DNA of 43,105 nucleotides from Pelomyxa schiedti (taxonomy: Eukaryota > Protista > Evosea). Position 1 is the stretch's first letter. The number at the start of each line of letters is the position of its first letter. The stretch covers positions 1 through 43,105 of the forward strand of contig JAHLWZ010000673.1 in assembly GCA_020536535.1 (NCBI GenBank), given 5' to 3'. The notes beneath the pieces were generated by a model. It was not told the DNA's origin and did not search any database. It was given only the letters and a program-made list of their open reading frames with translations. Positions 1-9,459 of this stretch are shown here, in pieces. The position numbers and the translations under genes are program-made.

Positions 1-198
1 GGCGAGCTCTGCCTGCCGTCGCAGCGACGGCTCGGCGATCAAACTCCTCGCGGTTCTGCGACCGACACCGGGGTCCCACTGTCGCCTGCCCCACATCTCG
101 CGATCTCCGCCACCGCCGCCGACCCCCTCAATTATTATGCGTACTGCCGTCGTGCTGCTTTTGCTGTTGATGCCGTTGCCGTAGCCGCGCGTAAACAT
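1..198 (-). CDS. 5' fragment of a second copy of the RS-domain SUMO protease gene; runs off the window
   Basis: ATG at 198 (MFTRGYGNG...) matches the start at 38785 within the duplicated block. Confidence 0.7.
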   Translation of the reverse strand, partial: MFTRGYGNGINSKSSTTAVRIIIEGVGGGGGDREMWGRRQWDPGVGRRTARSLIAEPSLRRQAELA

Positions 199-281
199 GC
201 GACCGACCGCGCCACGGGTGTCCTCTGTCTGTCGTAATTAAGTTTTGTTGTAACTCAGCAGATCTTTCCTGGTGATTATTT

Positions 282-370
282 GGCTGAATAAAATAATCAA
301 CAGACCGGAACGTTGTCATTTTCCTTATCATCGTTCAAGATCGGCGGTCTGGTGTTTTTTTTATTCAGCC
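282..370. mobile_element. 89-bp non-autonomous DNA transposon (MITE) with 12-bp TIRs and a 4-bp ATTT TSD
   Basis: GGCTGAATAAAA (282-293) and TTTTATTCAGCC (359-370) are perfect inverted repeats. ATTT flanks both sides (278-281, 371-374). The paralogous locus has a single ATTT (38869-38872) and no element. Confidence 0.85.
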
Positions 371-477
371 ATTTGATGGGGCACGCTTTCGCCTTGAATT
401 TTTGTTGCCTTTTGGAAATTGGTAAGGTGTTGGGTTTTGTTACTTGCGTCTCCCATAAATAACAGCTTCTGTCCAGA

Positions 478-634
478 TTAAGATGATATAGACGTGGAAC
501 TGGTGGGTGTTGAAGTCTCTGATGGTGCGGGTGTTGTTTGACGATTGTTGAGTGCTAGTACCCAGAGCCGAGTTTCCTGACTGAGACTACGCTGGCCCTC
601 TGTGTCCTGGAACTTGTTGATGTCATCCAGAGTG
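478..634 (-). CDS. 3' end of a second copy of the ankyrin-like repeat gene, truncated by the gap
   Basis: TLDDINKFQDTEGQRSLSQETRLWVLALNNRQ...* is nearly identical to the C-terminus encoded at 38976-39132. Confidence 0.75.
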
Positions 635-734
635 NNNNNNNNNNNNNNNNNNNNNNNNNNNNNNNNNNNNNNNNNNNNNNNNNNNNNNNNNNNNNNNNNN
701 NNNNNNNNNNNNNNNNNNNNNNNNNNNNNNNNNN
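635..734. other. Scaffold gap (100 N)
   Basis: Run of exactly 100 N, typical of an unknown-size gap placeholder. Confidence 0.99.
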
Positions 735-1225
735 CTGTTGCATCAAGTGGTGACCTGCAGCCATTTATAACTACTGTGTGTGAACCAGAGGGCTCCAACT
801 TGGTCACTGACACGGAGTTCCCCCTTGAGGTTGGGAAAACAAAGAAAAAAAAAACAAGTTAACACCTACTTTGTATTCACGGATGGGACAATTACAGCCG
901 AGCAACCATTTCCCCTGCACTGCGCCGTCGGGCTTCCAAGCGTTATTGACAGCGGTTTGCTGACCACAATTGGCATGCTCAATTCAACATAAGTTCCCGG
1001 AACCACCTGTAGAGCTATTTAGCACCAACAACAAAAGCAACACAACCAACAACAACAACAAAAACAGGAACAAAAGCAGCAGCAGCAACAACAAAACACA
1101 AAAAAACACACACACACACACAAAAAAAAAAAAAAAACCAGAATATTGGCATCAGCGGGAGCACGTGCAATGGCTTCTCCGAGTGACGTGAAATCGCCCC
1201 CCTGTGGAGCCACAATGATTCTCAT
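735..1225 (-). CDS. 5' part of a right-handed beta-helix (pectin lyase/pectinesterase/NosD-like fold) protein; continues into the gap
   Basis: Splicing the GT-AG intron 1138-1007 gives MRIIVAPQGGDFTSLGEAIARAPADANIL-VVPGTYVELSMPIVVSKPLSI. This matches the N-cap motif 'V..GGDF.sI.eAI..A...I.V.PG.Y.E...I.K.l.I'. A second short intron leads to GNSVSVTKLEPSG... Confidence 0.7.
1007..1138 (-). repeat. Simple-repeat-filled intron ((CAA)n, (CAG)n, (CA)n and poly-A on the + strand)
   Basis: Microsatellite runs lie between a GT donor at 1138 and an AG acceptor at 1007. Confidence 0.8.
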
Positions 1226-1671
1226 CGGCGGGTGTTAACGACTTCGCTTTTGTGTTCGTTTTTCTCGCAGCCGTTCATTGGAAGGAAAACGTTGATGTCT
1301 CAGTCACCTCTCCTACCGGGGAGCCACAACGGCTCCGCTGCAAACGGCATAGTGGGATGCGCCCAGGAGGAACCCAGAGGGAAGTAAGGGCCCGGAGAGA
1401 TTCCTAGATCTGCAATTGCACGTTCGGCCCCAGTGCTACGGAACATAAAGAGACATGGGGAACTGGTACTCTGCACCCCAAAAAAGTAAGGAAATTGGTG
1501 TTAACAGAACGATCGCTCCACTGCAATAATGTCCCGGCGTACAGGTTTTAATAACACAAATGACTTAAAAACCACCCAAGATCTCGCCTGGCTGCAGCGC
1601 TGTTCGTCACCCACACAACTACGCACAATGTAATATTACTGACACATTGCGCGATTCATTTAGGTACCACT

Positions 1672-3513
1672 GTGCTTTCTTTGATTTCCGTGGTTGTCGG
1701 CGTGGCTTTGGTTTCCTCGCTTTTTCCGCGCCTGGCTCTTTGTTCGTCTCTTCAGGAAGAGGTCGACGCATTGTGCGACCTGTTTGTCAACAATTTGCGT
1801 CACTATTGGACTTTGAACCCCTGCTCCTTCACGGAACCTTGCCAGCACAGGCTTAATGGCGTTTACTGTGATTCCACGGGTCATGTTTGCGATTTGTGTG
1901 CTATTCTGGATTCACCTTCGTGCTTTTGATGCTTTCAAGGGAACTGACATATGCAAACATGACAGGACAGCTCCCGGCGTCAATCGGGAATCTTGATCGT
2001 ACTATCCTAATGTTAGACGTTGCATCTTCTTTCCAATGGACTCATTTCTGACACAGGTTCCTGGATAATAACAACCTTACTGGGACAATCCCTGATAGCT
2101 TTCGCTCTTTCACGAAGCTTAATAGCCTGTATATTATTATCTATTCCTGTTTATTTTTTTCATAAAAACAGGTACTTGAGTAACAATCACTTTACTGGGA
2201 ATATTCCAGACTCTATTATGCTGCCATCCCTAAGTGTTCTGTAAGGTACCCCCTTCATCCCTTTTGTTCCCTCATTTGCTCCAAAACCCCAGGGATCTAA
2301 CAAACAATTATTTAACGGGATCCATTCCTGAAAGTATAACAAACCTCTCCGACATTGGCTCTATGTAGGTTTCAGTTTTCTGTATTGTCAATCCCACATT
2401 TAAGTAGATCATTTTTTGATAACCAACTGTCTGGCACCATTCCAGACGCCTTAGGAAGCCTGACGAGGCTATATTATATGTACAGTACCTCCCTATTTAT
2501 TGTTACCTCTCAGTTTTCATCAAGACTTCTCGCTGGGAACTTTTTAACTGGATCAATTCCAGATTCCCTGTTTTCTAGCCCTAGCTTAGGCGCCCTGTAC
2601 ACGTACACTTTTTGTTTTCTGTAACTAAAACACTGTTGCACAGAAGCTTAAGGGGAAACAAGTTAACCGGAACCGTTCCTTCAGTACTATGCAATGCAAC
2701 TGGCCTCATTTTTATGTAGTGTCCCATCATCAAGAAAATTTTAACATTATCAGGGATTTAGGGGAGAACCAGTTTACTGGCTTTCCTCCTTGCCTTTTTA
2801 ACAAGACAACTTGGACTTCAATGTATACTTTCCCCAATTGATTAAAATTCTTAAGTTCCCTCAGATATCTGGACCACAACCTTTTTTCCAGCGAAATTCC
2901 CAGTGATTGGATGCCGCGCCTCAGATCATTATCCAACATGTTTTTCCCGTTGTTCATCCTCTTTCATTAATAAAACGAAAAGAGACCTCTCCGGAAATCA
3001 GTTCCGAGGAGATATCTCTCAAGCTCTCCCTCTCTCGAGTTTACATACTTTGTGTGGATCACATACTATGAAACTAATTACTTATATTCCTTGTAGAGAT
3101 TTGAGTAGCAATCTTTTCACCGGGTCTCCTCCAAACGTTACCTCACGTGGATTGCAAGAATGGTAGATCCCTGCTCACTCGAATGAATACTTACCGTTAT
3201 TAGTGATGTTTCACAGAACTGCCTTTGGGTTGATAACAGTACCAGTACATGCAAGAATACACCAACCAAACCAGTGGATATGTGTGCCTGCGTTGCTGAT
3301 GGAACCCGGTGCTGGGTTGATGGAATGTGTGTTACCGCCTCCGCTGTGTCATACTACGACCCTTGTTTATACTGTGACCCGGCAACAACATCCCTCAACT
3401 GGACAGCTAGCCCACAATGTCCCCCCTCCTCTTCCTCCATCCAACAGCCACATGCACTTACCACCATTATCATACTATATCTACTCTGTGCCATGTTGCT
3501 AGGCAATCACTAG
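1672..3513 (+). CDS. Secreted, probably GPI-anchored leucine-rich repeat protein (plant-type LxxLxLxxNxLtGxIP repeats), 13 exons; start codon unresolved
   Basis: Hydrophobic N-terminus, Cys cap (W..NPC...NGVYCD), about 11 LRRs, a Cys-rich domain and a hydrophobic C-terminal tail. Introns: 1896-1939, 2012-2056, 2129-2171, 2241-2292, 2365-2407, 2480-2524, 2597-2643, 2716-2753, 2823-2864, 2940-2982, 3052-3096, 3163-3203. Confidence 0.9.
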
Positions 3514-3762
3514 TGGTCAGTCCAGCTTCAAGGCCTTGCTTTTGTATGCATTTGTTTATCGCACGAGGCAGCTGCTAGAATGTGATTGTCACGCATTCTA
3601 AAGTGCTTTTTAACTGAACAAAGATCCCAATTTTGTTGTAGAAACGAAAATAGCACCAGATTTCGTTGCCTTTGATCCTGTAAATTCCGACACGACTCAA
3701 CTAGCCCCAACGAGCCAGGCCGCTCCGGGGAAACACAGCACAACAAGAAAAGAAAAGGAAAA

Positions 3763-6321
3763 ATGCACATCGAAAACGACTTGGCTAACCAAGGCCCACT
3801 CAATAACGCGAAAAATTCACCGCCGTACTCAACGTCGTCCGCCACTCCGAGCAGCCGGAGCCAGGCCCACGCCCATACCCATAATCCGCAGCAGCGCCGA
3901 AACATTCCCGCCAAGCACGCCCACGGCGGAGCTGCTTCTTCCGTGCCCTCGCCGTCAGACGCCACAACCGCGACCGGCTCCGATGCCGCGGACAGCAACA
4001 CCAGCAGCGATGCCACCGAAGACGAGGAAGACCAGGAAGATCATCACCATCACCTTTCAGGTCTTCCTGGGAGTGGTAGGACCTTCACAGGAATCAACAC
4101 CAACAGCAACAGCAATTTCTACAGTCTGGGGGGAGTGCAAGTGCAAGTACAAGGACCAGGACCAGGACGAGGAGGGGTGGTGACGGGCGTTGGGGCGGGG
4201 GATCGAATCCGGGAGTACCCGGCGATGGTTTCTGCGGAGGGGTTGGTTGTGGGAATGGGCGGCATTGGGAATGTCACTGGGGCCATGAACCCGGGCACTT
4301 CGTGTTCGGCCAGTAACAGCTCATCATCAAGCCCGGGGATGTCACTGCATACTGGAGGTTTTGTTGCAACAATGGCACCTACCACTGGTTGCGTTGCTGT
4401 GTCCGACGCGAACGGAGTCGGTGTGCAAGCGGCTCAGTTCCAGGCACAAAGGAAAATGGTAAACCCACAATGCACTATCGGGCCCCCTTCGCCGCCTTCT
4501 GGGCTTGTGGGCTCTGTTATTCTCCAAGGTTCTTACAAATTTAAAGAATTTTCGGTTGCTTTTTCCATTCGTTGTTTCTTACCTCGCATAGCAGCACCAG
4601 GACAAGGTGACCCTTCCATTTTACCATGTGGATCAAATCTTTCTCTTGCAACTTCTTCCCCCCCACAACAGTCATCAAGTGAAACTGACAAGGCATCTCT
4701 TTCCGCAATCAGAAGTTCAGACCTTCCCAGAAATTCAGCTCCACTTTCGCATCCTCAGTTACAGCTAGCACTAGCTACAGCGGCTACAGCACATAACTCT
4801 ATTCAACCTTATCCTCCACATACTCCAGCACGCCCAATGGTTTCACAGCCTCTACACAATACAACACCTGTATCTGTTTTGCCATCTGTAATACCAACTT
4901 CCTTTCTGCAAACTCATCCTTCACCACCGCCGCTTTCCTCCTCACAATACAGCCAACCAGTTTCACAAATCCCGCTAGTCTCTGGCCCCCAGGGGCCGCT
5001 TAATGGTAACACCCCTCACATTTCAACTCCGTCCCCGCTTCCTACTGATGACTCCGGCGTTGGAAATACCCAAATGGATTTGAGTGCATGGTCTACTGGT
5101 CTTCCCTTCGCATCCCCAGTACAGATAGTTCCCCCGTCTCTAGGCATACCTTCTGTTACAGCTACTTCAACCACTACCCCCCAGATGCAGGTACTACTCA
5201 ATTTTCATTTTCCTGGTTGAACCGGTAACCTCACCTTAGGGCCAATTACAACAAATTGGCTTTTCTCACGTAACTCCCATGGGAATTTCAAATGAGTCGC
5301 TTCCCCAACAAAGATTACAGGCTCTTGAGGTATGAGCTCTCTCAACCAAATCCCACAATCCCAATATAACGTCTCCCTTCAGGGAGGAAACCCACTGGCG
5401 TCTACCACGTCCCCGTACCCCAACATAACAAGGTTGTTGTCACAGATGGCATCAGGATCTCCAACTCACTCGAGTGCAGTGAGTACACAAGGAGGGACTC
5501 AAATTCCATCACCTGTAAATTCTGCACTTGACATGCCAACAACTACTCACTCCACTGCATCGCCTACAAATCCTCCAATGTTCCAGGATATGTCCAATGC
5601 CCTTGCAATACGGGAGATGAATTCCCCTCCATTTGGAGGTTGTACCCGCCGCTTCTCAGTTTTCCTCTTATCTAAGAATTCTAGGTTCCAACAACCAAGA
5701 CGGATTTCCAAGTCCAAGAGAAAAATCACGTGCATCATCACGGCGAAGAGCACGGTCTTCATCAAGGGCCACTTCTGAAGGGGGAGTTGATGTAAACGCA
5801 AACAACAAACCAAAAAGAAAATCAACTGAAAGTCAGAATTAGGATGTGGAAGAAATGGTGGGACCACCGAATCCTGACAATTCACTAGAACCATTTGGCA
5901 GTACCTCCTCCCCTGGACTACATGTCGCCTCTCAGTCAAGTCACAAGTACATCCCACTTCATACCAACTATTTGTTGACTTGTCAATAAGATATATCGAC
6001 ATCACAGAGTACTTGACACTGCCGCAGTCCGATGCGGCACATAAACTTGGAATTCCAACCTCAACCCTCAGTAAGAGATGGAAGGAAGCAGTGCGGTCAC
6101 GTAAGTGGCCGTATCGGACTGTTGCAAAGCTAGATAAGGAAATAATGACCCTGCTCCACAACATACCCCAAGGAGCATCAGCTTATCCACTTTCCAAAGG
6201 TACTAGTACTGCAATGCTGATGGTCTCTAATTAATGGTCTACATCAGATGTGGAAGCCTCACTTGGGCAATTGATGCGCAGAAGGCAAGAAGAGCTAAAA
6301 CCAGTAGTTATCAGACTGTAG
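3763..6321 (+). CDS. RWP-RK domain transcription factor with a long S/P/Q low-complexity N-terminus (multi-exon)
   Basis: C-terminal YIDITEYLTLPQSDAAHKLGIPTSTLSKRWKEAVRSRKWPYRTV matches the RWP-RK helix-turn-helix motif. The last exon ends ...QEELKPVVIRL* at 6321. Confidence 0.85.
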
Positions 6322-6517
6322 AAATTCTAATTCCACCTGTTGTTACACTATTTAATGCAAAAATGAATGAATAATAGACAGTAGGCGGTTTTGGTTCTTT
6401 TTTGCCACACCTCTTCCTTCCCTCTCATAGATCCGCAGGCAAGTCCCTTCAAAACTTTTTCATCTCTTCTCGTCGGCCCAAATTAAAAAAAAAAAGAAAA
6501 CTCAACAACTCGGGGCC

Positions 6518-7636
6518 ATGTCGGCAAACACACGAGGCACCGGCAGTAATGGCGCATCTACGGCGAACGCGACAACAACAACAACATCGTCGTCGCGAAG
6601 TGCGGAGGAACAGCTTAGAAACCAGATCGCGTTCGCCAGATCCCTCGTCGAGGGTGGGTCGCCGACAGAGGCGTTGGAAGTGGCCCTCGGCTTACTGCGC
6701 AACATCCACAACGGAAACGAGTCGGCTGTGTTCAACGCCGTAAAAGAAGCGCGCACGCAGCACCGCCAGCAAGTCGAGCAAATGGAGGCCCAGAGAGCAC
6801 TCCAACAAGTGGCGGAAATGGAGCAGCGTCAGCGGGAGCTGGAGAGGGAAGAAAGGGCAATTGCAATGCAAAGGCAGCAGCAAATGGCGGCAGCGATGAT
6901 GGCTATGCAGAGGCAGAGGGGGCCGGAAGTGCATCTGGAATCCATGCAGAATTACGCTCACTTGAGAGCGGGGCGTGCGTACCCTAGCGAGACCGACAAC
7001 TACAACGGTAGCGACGGGATGGGAACTGCAACCACGTCCACGACGACAGCAGCGTCTTTATCCTCGCCCTTCTTCCCGCAACCTAATAGCTCGCCAGCCA
7101 CCTTCTCAACACCCTCACCTATGTTCTCATCATCGACTACGACTTCCTCACGCAGCTCTGCTTCTTCAAGCGCTGCAACTCCATACACAACACACACTTC
7201 CGCAGCATCAGTGGCACCGCCATCAACATCCGCTTCAGCATCGGCGTACACGACCTCAAGTTCCGCAGCAGCTTCCGCATCTGGAAAAACAAGTATATTC
7301 GAGGGACTTATGCTGCCGGCACAACAGACCGCACTCGAGTCAACTCTAGGTGGCAGAGTATCAACCGACGCTCCACTACTCATGGAAAACGATTCATCCC
7401 GTGCTCAAGTGCTACGCGATGCATTTGTTGACGGAAGTAGCTGCGTTTGCTCCGGGTGCGGCGCACTTGTTCCCGTTGCACGTTTATCAGTGCACACAAA
7501 GTTCTGGTGTGCAGCCAGCTCAAGTGCGGGAAGGGCTGATGATGATGACGATGACGACGACGAGGACCTGGAAGACACCGACTCAACATCAAAGATTCCC
7601 AGAGCACTTCTCACACATCCTTCAGGCATGGACTAG
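6518..7636 (+). CDS. Conserved protein of unknown function with an N-terminal helical domain and a C-terminal C2HC zinc finger
   Basis: Uninterrupted 372-aa ORF. ARSLVEGGSPTEALEV and DAFVDGSSCVCSGCGALVPVARLSVHTKFWC resemble a small C2HC-finger family I recall from plants. Confidence 0.75.
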   Translation: MSANTRGTGSNGASTANATTTTTSSSRSAEEQLRNQIAFARSLVEGGSPTEALEVALGLLRNIHNGNESAVFNAVKEARTQHRQQVEQMEAQRALQQVAEMEQRQRELEREERAIAMQRQQQMAAAMMAMQRQRGPEVHLESMQNYAHLRAGRAYPSETDNYNGSDGMGTATTSTTTAASLSSPFFPQPNSSPATFSTPSPMFSSSTTTSSRSSASSSAATPYTTHTSAASVAPPSTSASASAYTTSSSAAASASGKTSIFEGLMLPAQQTALESTLGGRVSTDAPLLMENDSSRAQVLRDAFVDGSSCVCSGCGALVPVARLSVHTKFWCAASSSAGRADDDDDDDDEDLEDTDSTSKIPRALLTHPSGMD

Positions 7637-7916
7637 TGCAGAGGAAATCTATGGATCTACTCCCTTATCTTTGTGCACTGAGCGCACACGCCTAGTGAAC
7701 TATAATCTTAACAGAGTTTGCCAGTTCCACGTAGTCAACTTTTCAAATCACCATTTTTTGGGGAAACTGGAAATTTTTCCGAAACTTCGCATTCTTTTAG
7801 AAACAGGTTTGATAGAACAGAATTCGAGCAAAAAAAAGTTCCTTTTTGGCTTCCCACCAAATTTTAGAACAGAGACAACAAAAAAAAAAGCACAAAGAAG
7901 AAGAGAAAAAAAAAAC

Positions 7917-8800
7917 ATGACAGCGGTGGTGGCCTCGATGCCGGTCAGGACAAGCAACAGCCTCTCGACGTCATCCAGCGGCGTCTCGGCGACGATGGGG
8001 ACGGCAACAACCACCACAACAACGTCGACGTCTACGTCGTCGTCCAGGCTGAGCGGGTCGTCGCACTCGCCGTCGCCCTCGGGCCGCGGGATGATCTTGA
8101 GGCTGCCCAACCAACCGACGCTGATCGAGACGGGGTCCATGTCCTTTTTGGTGTCGGACGCGCCGACCGACGACCTCTTGCCTTCATATGCTGCGGTGAG
8201 GTTTCTTTTCTCTTTTTTTTTTTTCTTTTGGTTTTTACAGTCAAATCAAGCGTGCAAGTACTTCTTAATTCTGTTATCAGGAGTTCAAGGCCCATAATGT
8301 TATTCACGTTGTAAGAGTCTGTGAAAGCACGTACAGCACCAAAAGAATGGAAGACCTAGGATTTTCTGTGCATGTTAGTGTCTAATTAAATATTTTTTTT
8401 TTTTGTAGTTGTATGATAATATACAAATAATATACAATCTAAACACTTCTCACAGAACTTTGAGTACAAGGATGGCGGGAACCCTCCAGAAGAGCTGTTG
8501 GCACAATGGATGCAACTGGTTACCAGTGTGTTCGGTACTGGTCACCAATCATCAACAATAGCTGTACACTGTGTAGCTGGACTTGGGAGGTAGTTTGTAT
8601 TGTGTATAAACTTTCCTTACCTACCACCCTAAAGAGCACCTGTGTTAGTTGCGGTAGCACTTATCGAGTATGGTATGGCCCCATCAGAAGCAGTATCTTT
8701 CATCCGGTCAAGACGCACTGGAGCCATAAATAACAAGCAGCTCGACTACTTGTTATCATACAAACCGCACTTTGTCAAGTCCAAATGTTGTATTATGTGA
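7917..8800 (+). CDS. PTP4A: PRL-family prenylated protein tyrosine phosphatase (PTP4A-like), 4 exons
   Basis: Contains FLVSDAPT, VVRVCE, DGGNPP and the catalytic IAVHCVAGLGRAPVLVA, then IRSRRTGAINNKQL and a C-terminal CaaX (KCCIM*). Confidence 0.95.
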
Positions 8801-9459
8801 GCAGCGTTACTCCGCAACTGTATCAGTAACACTCCATCAATATCCTTGAACAAGAATAACCACCACAACAACAATATCAACAACACCATCATGACCAAAT
8901 CCGCCCACTCCAAATAGCAAACAAAAAAACCGCACCACCTCCACACAGTAACACGCCGATTGACGGGCTACAACACACTCAGTGTCAGGAGTAAAGTAAC
9001 CCACACCACCCCCCAGCAAAGATCTAGCAGTAGAGATCCATGAGAGATCCTACGTATTATGATATGTTTCCCCAAAGGCATGCGGGTGGCCCCTCTCCCC
9101 AGCACAATATATTTTTTCATTTTGTGTTAGAGTCGCCTAAAACAACGTAAAAACAAAGATTATCTTATTTTATTAGCTTTTTTCCACCACACGGGCGTGT
9201 GTGACACGCACCTGTATTTTCCATTCCTTCGGAGTTCTCCTAAATGGCAAGCTTCGAAGAGAAAAACTCAAACTCTGTTGAAAAGCTTCAAAGCGACACA
9301 AAAGTGTATGTTGTTAAATTCAAACCAAATCTCGGAATTACCTGAAAGCCGTTCCGAGATAAGCACCATATATTAAACGGGTATCGTTCTCCTGAAAATG
9401 CACACAATTAATTTAAGAGAGAAAAGCGCAGTGTCAGTCAAACAAACACACCAACCCAA

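Larger units (their letters stand above)
1..634. repeat. Near-identical duplicate of 38588-39132 (segmental duplication or uncollapsed allele), ending at the assembly gap
   Basis: Aligns base by base to 38588-39132 apart from about 6 substitutions, a 4-nt TGTC indel and a 93-nt insertion (634-93+4=545 nt, the length of the other copy). Confidence 0.95.

Noticed and set aside
478-862. ORFs spanning the N run
   Set aside because: They are artificial fusions of two unrelated genes across the scaffold gap.
1226-1560. Possible tRNA or structured ncRNA in intergenic DNA (also 8800-9450 and 10940-11100)
   Set aside because: No cloverleaf, A/B boxes or recognisable snRNA/snoRNA motifs found by eye; tRNAscan-SE or Infernal would be needed to exclude them.
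2931-2982. Apparent non-canonical AT-AG intron in the LRR gene
   Set aside because: A GT donor at 2940 gives a 75-nt exon and a better LRR (LRSLSNIDLSGN), so the intron is canonical.
1940-3162. Regular ~115-bp periodicity resembling a CRISPR or tandem array
   Set aside because: Explained by LRR exon plus intron units; there are no identical direct repeats or cas genes, and the context is eukaryotic.
7350-8297. 315-aa ORF overlapping the zinc-finger gene and PRL
   Set aside because: Chance read-through of intergenic DNA; the PRL-like sequence starts at ATG 7917 after an A-rich leader.
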